Assembly (NCBI GenBank): GCA_964522375.1
Contig: CAZFVB010000008.1
Location: 1 to 50,621 of the forward strand
DNA length: 50,621 nt
DNA from: an uncultured Chloroflexota bacterium
GTDB lineage: Bacteria; Chloroflexota; UBA11872
Reading direction: 5' to 3'
Shown here one piece after another: positions 30,400 through 39,394 of this stretch; the stretch's first letter is position 1, and every line of letters begins with the position of its first letter. Position numbers and translations under genes: made by a program. A model generated the notes under the pieces. That model was not told the DNA's origin, made no database searches, and worked only from the letters and a program-made list of their open reading frames with translations.

Positions 30400-31271
30400 A
30401 CACACGTACTTACGCGGTCATTGGATGGCCTCTCGGCCACAGCCTTTCACCCATCATCCAGCAGGCGGCGTTCGACGCCGCTCAGCTAGACGCAACGTAC
30501 GTGGCTATTCCGACACCACCAGGCCACGAGCAGCGTCGCTTTGACGAAGTTAGAAAAGGTGACTTGTCTGGACTTAATGTCACGATCCCACACAAGAACA
30601 CGGCCTTCCACGCGATGGACTTCCTTACCGAGGCTGCTAGCAGCCTTGGTGCAGTGAACACCGTCATCTACGAAAACGGAAAACTGAAAGGCGACAACAC
30701 TGACCTGCAAGGATTTCTTGACTCGTTACAAACCTTCGGAAAATTCGATCCAGTCGGCACGAACGCGGTGGTCCTAGGTGCTGGAGGGGCGGCTCGCGCT
30801 GTTGTGCACGCGCTTGCGACTTGTCAACCAGAATCTGTTCTTGTCGCAAATCGAACACTCCAACGTGCCCAAGCACTCGCTACGAGCGTGACAGAAATCC
30901 GAGGAACAACAATTCAGGCGTCCACGCTGGACACCGACCAACTCGAGGCTCAACTTTCGAAATCCACACTCTTGGTGAACACCACGAGTGTTGGAATGGC
31001 AGGTGGACCAGAACCTGACAAATCCCCTGTCAACCCGTCCTGGTTACACAAAAACTTGCTTGTGTTCGATATCGTATACGGACCGACTACCACTCCGTTG
31101 CTCCATGCTGCAAAGTCAACAGGAGCAAAAACACTCGGAGGGCTTGAAATGCTGGTACTCCAAGGCGCTGCCAGCTTCAAACAATGGACTGGTGAAAACC
31201 CACCCCTTGACGCCATGTTCAGCGCCGGGTGGGCAGCAGTGTCCAGCAATCAACCAACAGGAGCACCTTAA
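30396..31271 (+). CDS. aroE: Shikimate dehydrogenase
   Basis: HSLSP, NVTIPHK, GAVNT, NTD, GAGGAARA, NRT and GLEMLV.QG motifs. Confidence 0.95.
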   Translation: MNTRTYAVIGWPLGHSLSPIIQQAAFDAAQLDATYVAIPTPPGHEQRRFDEVRKGDLSGLNVTIPHKNTAFHAMDFLTEAASSLGAVNTVIYENGKLKGDNTDLQGFLDSLQTFGKFDPVGTNAVVLGAGGAARAVVHALATCQPESVLVANRTLQRAQALATSVTEIRGTTIQASTLDTDQLEAQLSKSTLLVNTTSVGMAGGPEPDKSPVNPSWLHKNLLVFDIVYGPTTTPLLHAAKSTGAKTLGGLEMLVLQGAASFKQWTGENPPLDAMFSAGWAAVSSNQPTGAP

Positions 31272-31274
31272 GCA

Positions 31275-32468
31275 ATGGGACATCTTCGATATCTAACGGC
31301 CGGCGAATCACATGGTCCTGGCCTGACCGTCGTTATGGAAGGTCTGCCCTTTGGTGTCCCGCTGGAAACTCAAGACATCAATCCAGATCTGTCACGTCGA
31401 CAAGGGGGATACGGTCGTGGCGGACGAATGAAAATCGAGCGAGATCAAGCCACGATAAGAAGTGGTGTTCGCCACGGCTACACCCTTGGAAGCCCACTGA
31501 CCTTGCTCATCGAAAACCGCGACTGGATAAATTGGGAGCAGAAAATGGCCATCGAGCCTCCCGACGTTGCCATTGAACCAGTTACAAAACCACGTCCCGG
31601 CCATGCAGATTTAGCTGGCATGATTAAATACGGAACCAATGATTTACGACATATTCTTGAGCGGTCGAGTGCACGAGAAACCACAGCTCGGGTCGCAGCT
31701 GGCGCCGTTGCCCGAAAACTTTTACTGGAGCTGGACATTGAGATACGTAGCCGAACCGCCCGGATAGGCTCGATCTCCGACGAGCCTCTGCTTGAGCCCA
31801 CAGACCCAGCATCCTGGCCCTGGGATTCCGTAGGCGCCTCTCCCGTACGAGCGATCACCCCGGAACATTCAGACGCAATGGCCGCAGAGATTGATGCCGC
31901 ACGAGAAGAAGGCTCAACGCTAGGCGGCATATTTGAAGTCGTAGCATGGGGCGTTCCTATTGGACTAGGCAGCCACGTCCATTGGGACCGAAAACTCGAT
32001 GCAAAGCTTTCGCAAGCGATCGTAAGCATCAACGCTGTCAAAGGGGTCGAGATTGGCCCAGCCTTTGCAAACGCGGCAGCCAGGGGCCACGATGTACATG
32101 ATGAAATCGCGATCGACGCGGAACACGGATGGACACGCCTGAACAATCGGGCAGGAGGCCTCGAAGGAGGCATGACCAACGGCCAACCCATCATTGTTCG
32201 AGGCGCGCTCAAGCCTATCTCTACGATGCGCCGCCCCCTCCGCACGGTAGACGTCGCAACTCTTGAACCAACCACCGCCCATTTCGAACGCTCTGATGTG
32301 TGCGTCGTGCCGGCAGCGGGCGTAATCGGCGAGGCAATGGTCGCGTTAGTTCTAGCAGACGCAATGCTCGACAAGTTTGGTGGCGATAGCTTGGCGGAGA
32401 CAAAGACCAACGCAGATCATTTTCGACACACGTACTCGATCCTCAATAAATCGAACGAAAACGAATGA
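31275..32468 (+). CDS. aroC: Chorismate synthase
   Basis: TAGESHG, RPGHAD, ERSSARET, GGLEGG.TNG, KPIST and RSD motifs. Confidence 0.97.
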   Translation: MGHLRYLTAGESHGPGLTVVMEGLPFGVPLETQDINPDLSRRQGGYGRGGRMKIERDQATIRSGVRHGYTLGSPLTLLIENRDWINWEQKMAIEPPDVAIEPVTKPRPGHADLAGMIKYGTNDLRHILERSSARETTARVAAGAVARKLLLELDIEIRSRTARIGSISDEPLLEPTDPASWPWDSVGASPVRAITPEHSDAMAAEIDAAREEGSTLGGIFEVVAWGVPIGLGSHVHWDRKLDAKLSQAIVSINAVKGVEIGPAFANAAARGHDVHDEIAIDAEHGWTRLNNRAGGLEGGMTNGQPIIVRGALKPISTMRRPLRTVDVATLEPTTAHFERSDVCVVPAAGVIGEAMVALVLADAMLDKFGGDSLAETKTNADHFRHTYSILNKSNENE

Positions 32469-32469
32469 A

Positions 32470-33012
32470 ATGACAGGTATCGACCGAGTGTTCCTTATCG
32501 GCCTGAGCGGGTCCGGAAAGTCCACTGTTGCCAAACTTGCGTCGGAACTCCTTGGATGGAAGGCCAGCGACAGTGATGACGAAATCGCAAACCAGCACGG
32601 CCGTTCGATAGCTGACATATTCTCGGAAGACGGCGAGGAGAGTTTCCGTGAACTTGAACGCACTCTTGTCCAGACGATGAGTTCCCAACCCAAACAGATA
32701 CTCGCACTTGGCGGCGGCGCCTTTGCCGACCCCACCAACCGACGCATACTCCTCAAGCGTGGTCTCGTAGTTTGGCTGGACGTTGACCCAACTGAAGCCG
32801 CAGAACGACTCAACGCTTCGCTTCACCATGAACCTCGACCGCTGCTACAAGATGACCCTGTCGCCCACCTGGTCCGACTTCGAGCAAAACGTTTGCACCA
32901 ATACGAACAGGCTGACCTTCGAATCAACACTGCTGGATTGACAGCCTACGAAGTGGCTCAAAAAGTAGTGTCTGCCGCTGAGACGATGGCGATAGCCTCA
33001 AACGCGCAATGA
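32470..33012 (+). CDS. aroK: Shikimate kinase
   Basis: GLSGSGKST P-loop, IF..DGE..FR.LE, LGGG, RPLL. Start taken at ATG 32470, just after the aroC stop. Confidence 0.93.
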   Translation: MTGIDRVFLIGLSGSGKSTVAKLASELLGWKASDSDDEIANQHGRSIADIFSEDGEESFRELERTLVQTMSSQPKQILALGGGAFADPTNRRILLKRGLVVWLDVDPTEAAERLNASLHHEPRPLLQDDPVAHLVRLRAKRLHQYEQADLRINTAGLTAYEVAQKVVSAAETMAIASNAQ

Positions 33013-34064
33013 GCTCGCTCGACCACGTTGTAATAGGTTCTGGCAGCCTAACTACGTCGACTCCGCTCATTGCTGAAATCACCCCGACTAAAAGAGTCTT
33101 TCTTTGCGCTGACCAAACCGTGATGAAAATCCTCGGTGATCGAGTCATTGCGATGTTGTCTGCCGGTGGCCTTGAGGTTCGAAGTCATAGCTTCCCACCT
33201 GGGGAAGCCAGTAAATCGCTCCACGTCGCGACCCAACTTTATGACTGGCTCGCAATGGAACAAGCGGAACGACAAGAACCCATTGTCGCGCTAGGCGGTG
33301 GTGTCACCGGAGATCTCGTAGGTTTTGTGGCCGCAACCTTTGGACGCGGGATCCCCCTGATACAAATCCCAACAACCCTACTCGCGCAAATTGACAGCAG
33401 TATTGGAGGAAAAGTCGCGGTTGATATCGAGGCAGGCAAGAATCTCGTCGGCTCCTTTTATCCGGCGGCCTTGGTCATCATTGATCCTGATCTGCTTGAA
33501 ACCCTCGAACCTCCTCAGCTTGTCGCTGATTACGCCGAGGTAATAAAAACTGCCGTGATCTTTGATCGCGACATGTTCTCCCATGTCGAGTCCTCGAAGG
33601 AAGACCTGCGAAACTCCGACCTGCTCGCCAACCTAGTTGAACGATGCGTCCACTGGAAGGCGCAGGTGGTGGACCAAGATCCCGAAGATCGCGGCCCACG
33701 GGCTGTACTTAACTATGGACACACGATTGCCCACGCCATTGAAACAACAGCTGGTTATGGGAGTTACCGCCACGGAGAAGCCGTATCAATAGGAATGGTC
33801 GGAGCCGGGCGGTTGTCCGCGCATATTGGTCAATGGCCCAAAGCCGACGCAGCCCGCCAGGAACAGCTTCTTGAGGACATCGGCTTGCCGACACGATTTA
33901 CCGGGGCCACGGTTTCGGAGATCTTCAATGCCATGAGCCGGGACAAGAAAGTGAAAGCCGGACGAATCCGATGGGTTCTGCCCGACGCCATTGGGCACGC
34001 TTCATTTGGCATCGAACTTGAGGACGCTCTTGTGCTAGACGTTCTGCACGAACTCGCACAGTAG
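33009..34064 (+). CDS. aroB: 3-dehydroquinate synthase
   Basis: GEASK, GGGVTGDL.GF.A, PTTLLAQ.DSSIGGK, KN..G.F, LNYGHT..HA.E, HGEAV and DKK motifs. Confidence 0.96.
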   Translation: MSSLDHVVIGSGSLTTSTPLIAEITPTKRVFLCADQTVMKILGDRVIAMLSAGGLEVRSHSFPPGEASKSLHVATQLYDWLAMEQAERQEPIVALGGGVTGDLVGFVAATFGRGIPLIQIPTTLLAQIDSSIGGKVAVDIEAGKNLVGSFYPAALVIIDPDLLETLEPPQLVADYAEVIKTAVIFDRDMFSHVESSKEDLRNSDLLANLVERCVHWKAQVVDQDPEDRGPRAVLNYGHTIAHAIETTAGYGSYRHGEAVSIGMVGAGRLSAHIGQWPKADAARQEQLLEDIGLPTRFTGATVSEIFNAMSRDKKVKAGRIRWVLPDAIGHASFGIELEDALVLDVLHELAQ

Positions 34065-34204
34065 CGAGCACGAAAACTTCAAAGCACCCATGTTGCTAAG
34101 CGGCATCTACCAGCCACCCTGCAGGATACGCTTGCGCTCCTGATTAACATCATTCACCCTGCGACTTACAATCCAGTAATTGCCCAAGGAATGTCCGACC
34201 GATC

Positions 34205-35011
34205 ATGGAGTCACTAGGCCAAGCAATTGCAACCGGTATAGCTCTACTGGCAGCGTTTAGCGCCGCTGTGTGGGCTGCATCCTTCGTCTGGGCCTACCAA
34301 GATATTCGGCGTCGAACAGCCGACATCTACGTACAGCTCTTCGCATCACTCCTCGTACTACTGCTGGGCCCATTCGGGGCCATCCTGTACCTCATCATGC
34401 GACCTGCCGAAACACTCGACGAAATCCACTTCCGAAAAATACATGCAGAAGCGCTACTTCAAGACAACATACCGGCGCCAAATGGACCCACGTTATACGG
34501 TATTAACGGAAGTTATCCGAGTGTAGGCAACAATGTCTTTTTAGCCCCTGGTGTACAGCTGATCGGCGACGTTCGCGTCGAAGACGATGCCAGTATCTGG
34601 TACAACACAGTCATTCGTGCTGACCTAGCGCCAGTCACCATCGGACGTGGCACTAATATTCAAGACGGCTGCGTCGTCCACGTAGACCCGGACCGACCAG
34701 TCTCGATTGGAGCAGATGTAACCATAGGACACATGGCAATGATTCACGGTTGCACCATCGAAGATGAATGTCTCATCGGCATCCAATCTACTGTGCTGAG
34801 CGGAGCAGTTATCCGCCGCCATTCAATCGTAGGAGCTGCAGCCTTGATTGGTGAGGAAAAGACGTTTGAAGAAGGATCCGTCCTTTTAGGTGTTCCTGCC
34901 CAAGCAACACGGGACACAACAGAGGCTGAGGTTGAGCATCTCATCCGAACACGGGCACAGGAATACCGATCTGCTGCCGCATCCGCGCAAGACGCTCTCT
35001 CGAGACACTGA
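34205..35011 (+). CDS. Fusion of an N-terminal 2-TM (PLDc_N-like) membrane domain and a gamma-carbonic-anhydrase-like left-handed beta-helix
   Basis: W...DIRRR...LLGPFGAILYLIMRP.ETL membrane module, then IGDV...ASIW...RAD, NIQDGCVVH and TIGH.AMIHGC (three Zn-ligand His). Confidence 0.82.
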   Translation: MESLGQAIATGIALLAAFSAAVWAASFVWAYQDIRRRTADIYVQLFASLLVLLLGPFGAILYLIMRPAETLDEIHFRKIHAEALLQDNIPAPNGPTLYGINGSYPSVGNNVFLAPGVQLIGDVRVEDDASIWYNTVIRADLAPVTIGRGTNIQDGCVVHVDPDRPVSIGADVTIGHMAMIHGCTIEDECLIGIQSTVLSGAVIRRHSIVGAAALIGEEKTFEEGSVLLGVPAQATRDTTEAEVEHLIRTRAQEYRSAAASAQDALSRH

Positions 35012-35065
35012 CATATTTTTGGCACATAGGTACTCGTCGGGCATAACGAAAAGGCAAGAACAAAA

Positions 35066-36229
35066 GTGGTCGTAACTGCCGTTGAACCCCTGCAATGCGC
35101 TGCCGGATGGGCGACTTGGACGTTTGCACGGGTTGAAACCGACGATGGTCGAGTCGGATATGGTGAATGCAGTGATTGGCAAACACCTCAAGCCCTCGCA
35201 GGCGGCATTCGTGACCTAGCCGATGTGATCGTAGGAAAAGATCCACGACGGGTAGTGGCACTTGCCGCCGACATGACCTTCCAGGCCCGCCAAAATCCAG
35301 GAGGCCCCCTCCAAAAGGCATTGGCCGGCATCGAAGCGGCTCTCTGGGATCTCAAGGGCCAGATACTCGGGGCATCGATCACCGACATGCTCGGCGGCCC
35401 CACCCGAGATAACATCCGGCTGTACTGGTCCCACTGCGGAAGCTACAGATCCCGGCACTCCAAATTCTTGAACACCCCACCGATCAACTCCTGGGAAGAC
35501 CTCGCGAAGTTTGGCCGTGAGGTCTCAGCCAGTGGCTATACCGCCCTAAAAACAAACCCCATTCGGCCTAGCCATCCTACGCATTTCGCTCGTCCCTTAG
35601 ACAAGAATCTTGAACGGCATGACCTCGCGATCATCGTGCGCCAGATCGAGACTTTTCGTGAATCAGTCGGTCCTGATATCGACATCTGTCTCGATCTGAA
35701 TTTTCGGTTCAACCCACGGGCCGTAATCCAGATAGCTCGGGCGCTAGAATCCTATGACCTGTTGTGGATTGAATATGACACCTACGACCCCGACGTTTTG
35801 GCCTATGTGAGACGCTCAATCCAGATACCCCTGTGCTCCGGCGAGAACCTCACCACCGTGCGGGATTACGCCCGCTTCTTTGCAGCCGGCGCCATGGATG
35901 TGGCCATGATCGATGTCGCTTGGAACGGCATTGCACAGTCGATCCATATCGCCGAACTAGCTGCAGCGCACGACATCCAGATCGCTCCCCACAACTATTA
36001 CAGTCATGTCTCCACCTTCATGTGTGCCCACGTCGCCGCCGCCGTCAGCAACCTGCGGATCATGGAGACTGATGTGGACTCTGCTCCGTGGCGCGACGCC
36101 TTAATGACCAACTGCCCCGCGATAGTCGATGGGTATCTCACCGTCCCAACCGGACCAGGCCTTGGCACTGCCCTTAACGAAGAAGTTGTAGCCGCCCACC
36201 CCCCTGCGTATACCCTGGTCGAACCATAA
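35066..36229 (+). CDS. Mandelate racemase/muconate lactonizing (enolase superfamily) enzyme, acid-sugar dehydratase-like
   Basis: ETDDG..GYGE, GIEAALWDLKG, D/E/E metal ligands (LDLN, WIE, GEN), APHN and P.GPGLG motifs. Confidence 0.88.
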   Translation: MVVTAVEPLQCAAGWATWTFARVETDDGRVGYGECSDWQTPQALAGGIRDLADVIVGKDPRRVVALAADMTFQARQNPGGPLQKALAGIEAALWDLKGQILGASITDMLGGPTRDNIRLYWSHCGSYRSRHSKFLNTPPINSWEDLAKFGREVSASGYTALKTNPIRPSHPTHFARPLDKNLERHDLAIIVRQIETFRESVGPDIDICLDLNFRFNPRAVIQIARALESYDLLWIEYDTYDPDVLAYVRRSIQIPLCSGENLTTVRDYARFFAAGAMDVAMIDVAWNGIAQSIHIAELAAAHDIQIAPHNYYSHVSTFMCAHVAAAVSNLRIMETDVDSAPWRDALMTNCPAIVDGYLTVPTGPGLGTALNEEVVAAHPPAYTLVEP

Positions 36230-36282
36230 GCCCCCATGTTGGGTGTACGATCACAGGAACCTTCTCCAACGTCGGTTGCCCT

Positions 36283-37623
36283 GTGACTACTGACCTTGAC
36301 CACGAAGAACATCAACTCCTGACCCAAATTTTTCCTCTTGGGACCACCCGAGATAATCGGGGCGTTCTGCTGCTCGGAAACATCCCGGTAGATCAACTCA
36401 TTGCCAAGTATGGATCCCCGTTATACGTGTATGACGAATCCACGCTACGTACCCAGTGCCAGAGCTATACCAATCCACTAAACCTGCTCTACCCCAACAA
36501 CCTACCGCTCTACGCTGCAAAAGCTCACATTGACCCCACCATTGCTGGCATAGCTGCAGCAGAAGGTCTCGGGATGGACGCGGTCTCCAGTGGGGAGATT
36601 CGCGTTGGCCTCGCTGGAGGCATGCCAGCCGACCGGATCGTGATGCACGGCAACAATAAGCTCCCGAGTGAAATTGAGTATGCGCTGGACACAGGCATTG
36701 GTCGCATCGTGGCTGACAGTCTTGACGAGGTTGATCTAATTGCAGACATCGCAGCCCATCGAGAAACTCCGGCGAACCTTATTCTTCGCATCACGCCTGG
36801 TGTCGAAGCCCACACACACGATTACATTCGCACCGGGGCTGTCGACAGCAAGTTCGGACTCCCGCTCGAGTCAGGGGATGCCGAAATTGCGATTGAGAAG
36901 TGTGTCCAGGCTCCATGGATCAATCCAATCGGCCTCCACTCCCACATTGGCTCCCAGATCTTTGAATTGGATCCGTACGCCGACGCTGTCGGCATCCTCC
37001 TCGACTTCGCAGAGGCTATGCGCCAGAAGCATGGGTTCGTACTCTTTGACTTTAGCCCCGGTGGCGGCTTCGGCATCCGGTACCAGGAAAGCGACGACCC
37101 ACCAACCGCCAACGCATTCGTCAAAACAATTGCTGACGCTGTCAACTCGCGAAAGCTCGACCCCGTGCCACGACTCCTGATCGAACCAGGACGGTCCATA
37201 ATCGCCCGCGCAGGGGTCGCCTTGTACTCCGTTGGAACCATTAAAACCATTACCGGTGTACGCACCTACGTGTCCGTTGATGGAGGCATGGCCGACAACA
37301 TTCGACCGGCCCTATACGAAGCCACCTACAGCGCGTTACTCGCTAACCGAGAAGCAACAGGCACGCCGAGTCGAGTAACAATAGCCGGCCGCTACTGTGA
37401 ATCCGGCGACGTGCTTCTACGAGACATTGCACTGCCGCCCCTGTCCCGAGGTGACATCTTGGCTATACCAGCGGCCGGTGCCTACCACATGTCCATGGCC
37501 AGCAACTACAACATGGTCGGACGTCCAGCGACGGTCCTCGTGTGTAAAGGCACATCAAGACTCACCCGGCACCGTGAAACCGATGAGGATTTACTACGAC
37601 CATTCCGTACCGATGAAGTCTAG
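36283..37623 (+). CDS. lysA: Diaminopimelate decarboxylase
   Basis: YAAKA, HGNNK, SKFG, HSHIGSQ, EPGRS, CESGD and GAY..SMASNYN motifs. Confidence 0.95.
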   Translation: MTTDLDHEEHQLLTQIFPLGTTRDNRGVLLLGNIPVDQLIAKYGSPLYVYDESTLRTQCQSYTNPLNLLYPNNLPLYAAKAHIDPTIAGIAAAEGLGMDAVSSGEIRVGLAGGMPADRIVMHGNNKLPSEIEYALDTGIGRIVADSLDEVDLIADIAAHRETPANLILRITPGVEAHTHDYIRTGAVDSKFGLPLESGDAEIAIEKCVQAPWINPIGLHSHIGSQIFELDPYADAVGILLDFAEAMRQKHGFVLFDFSPGGGFGIRYQESDDPPTANAFVKTIADAVNSRKLDPVPRLLIEPGRSIIARAGVALYSVGTIKTITGVRTYVSVDGGMADNIRPALYEATYSALLANREATGTPSRVTIAGRYCESGDVLLRDIALPPLSRGDILAIPAAGAYHMSMASNYNMVGRPATVLVCKGTSRLTRHRETDEDLLRPFRTDEV

Positions 37624-38093
37624 CGAGGCGGGGGGTCAGACTCGAGCGCGGCTCGATAGGCCTCCACAATATTGGTCACGTCTGACTCCGGCACACCAGT
37701 CTGCTCGCCCGCGGTTATAGCTCGGAATCTATCAGCAATGCCCCAGGCGACCTCGTCATCAGCAAGTTCTGCATATCGTGGGATCAGGTGGGCGTGCATG
37801 TGCGGATAGCTCTCGCCAAAAGCCACCACATAGCTTCGCAACGAACCCGTCACCACTTCCAGGGTACGCATGAAATGACGAAGAGCCGGACCAAAATTTG
37901 TGGCCTCCTCATCGTTGAATCGAGCGGGACCCTGAACATGGCGTTGTGGCTGAAGCAGAAACCATCCCGCCAAGGGGAACGGTGAACCAGTGTGCTTAAT
38001 TAACCAAAGATCATTTTCGAAGACTGCAGTGCCGTCATCAGCAGCATTTGACCGGCAAATGCTACAGGTTTCGTCATAGGATTCGTGTTTCAC
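37620..38093 (-). CDS. HIT-family hydrolase
   Basis: CSIC, P.RHV and PHMHAHLIPR histidine triad. Confidence 0.85.
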   Translation of the reverse strand: MKHESYDETCSICRSNAADDGTAVFENDLWLIKHTGSPFPLAGWFLLQPQRHVQGPARFNDEEATNFGPALRHFMRTLEVVTGSLRSYVVAFGESYPHMHAHLIPRYAELADDEVAWGIADRFRAITAGEQTGVPESDVTNIVEAYRAALESDPPPR

Positions 38094-38130
38094 AGTCGAT
38101 CCAATTCAAACGTCTCACTTCTTAGCCGCA

Positions 38131-38622
38131 TCATGCCACGGAGTTGGGATCAAATGCGTCCTGAGGACCGTGGATTGTCCGCCGAATCACTGATTCGTCA
38201 GTAGCCTGCACAACGAGATTGCCTTGATGCAGACGAATTGGAAATCGATCCATAGCCCGTTGCGCCGGACCAAAAACCTTTCCACCATTTAAATCGAACC
38301 GAGATCGATGGCACAAGCATTCAAATGCACCATTCTTTGGCGGCGGAATTGTGCAGCCAAGATGCGGGCACTGCCAAAACAACGCCACAAACCCATCGCT
38401 CCGACGCACCATATAAAATCGACCTTCCGGCCACACGCGCACTTCATCGAGTCCGTAATCAGCAGGCGAACCCGCGGTCACAAGCCCCTCCGCCGATGAC
38501 ACCGGTGGCGGACTCACACGTCGCCACACCATCGCAATCACTACCCCTACGAAAGCCATCACACCCGGCACCAAAAACCGGCGCCGGGACCTTGCGTCCT
38601 GAGCACTAGACACCTGAACCAC
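38131..38622 (-). CDS. Tat-exported Rieske [2Fe-2S] protein
   Basis: SRRRFL plus TM; CPHLGC ... CLCHRSRF; GPA.R.M. Start uncertain (GTG 38622 or 38613). Confidence 0.85.
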   Translation of the reverse strand: MVQVSSAQDARSRRRFLVPGVMAFVGVVIAMVWRRVSPPPVSSAEGLVTAGSPADYGLDEVRVWPEGRFYMVRRSDGFVALFWQCPHLGCTIPPPKNGAFECLCHRSRFDLNGGKVFGPAQRAMDRFPIRLHQGNLVVQATDESVIRRTIHGPQDAFDPNSVA

Positions 38623-39394
38623 CGACTTTGGCAACTTCCTCACCCCACTGGGCGTCCACTCCGGCCACTCGTAGCGATACCCGATGGGCGGCCCATTCCT
38701 CCGTGTCATTTATTATGTCAAGAGGGAAGTCCGGGGCGACACGAGCCAAGGCTAAGCGGATGATATGGTCCGCCAAATGAGGGTTCTTGGGAAGAACCGA
38801 CCCATGGAGATATGTCCCGATAGCCGAGTCCACCACAGCTCCTTCAGTCCCATCTTCCGAATTGTTTCCATGGCCGACTCGAACCCTGGCAAGCGGAGCC
38901 GTGTGCGACCCGAGATAGGTCCGCCCACCATGATTCTCAAATCCCGTTAGCGTCGAATTGTTCCAATCACACACAACATTTCCAATGCAACGAGGCACAG
39001 CGTCTCCTGGGTGAACGGTTTCCGCATCAAACACCCCAAGGCCCGTCATAACATCGCCATCAGCCGCCCGGTACCTCCGAGCCATCAACTGGTAGCCACC
39101 GCACACCGAAAGCATGGCCGCTCCATCACCCAAGTCTGAAAGGATTTGATCAGCAACTCCGCTTGATAGACCGATACTCGCAAGTTTCTGTTGACGATCT
39201 TGACCGCCACCAATGACGTAAAGATCGGCTCCTCCCTGTAATGTGTCGCCCCATTCAAGGCGCTGCACCTCAGTCAAAACACCTCGCCATTCACACCGAC
39301 GCTGCAAGCAAATCAGGTTGCCGCGATCGGCATATAGATTCATGAGATCTGGGTACAGATACGCAATCCGTAAAACAGGATTTGAGGACATCAT
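38606..39394 (-). CDS. gatD: Lipid II isoglutaminyl synthase glutaminase subunit (CobQ-like GATase)
   Basis: LYPDLMNLYADRGN, GGGQD, CGGYQL, GFENHGG and YLHG..LPKNP motifs; coupled to murT. Confidence 0.9.
   Translation of the reverse strand: MMSSNPVLRIAYLYPDLMNLYADRGNLICLQRRCEWRGVLTEVQRLEWGDTLQGGADLYVIGGGQDRQQKLASIGLSSGVADQILSDLGDGAAMLSVCGGYQLMARRYRAADGDVMTGLGVFDAETVHPGDAVPRCIGNVVCDWNNSTLTGFENHGGRTYLGSHTAPLARVRVGHGNNSEDGTEGAVVDSAIGTYLHGSVLPKNPHLADHIIRLALARVAPDFPLDIINDTEEWAAHRVSLRVAGVDAQWGEEVAKVGGSGV

Noticed and set aside
31478-32410. 310-aa minus-strand ORF
   Set aside because: Antisense shadow of the highly conserved aroC.
36230-36282. Lysine riboswitch upstream of lysA
   Set aside because: The intergenic space is only about 53 bp, too short.
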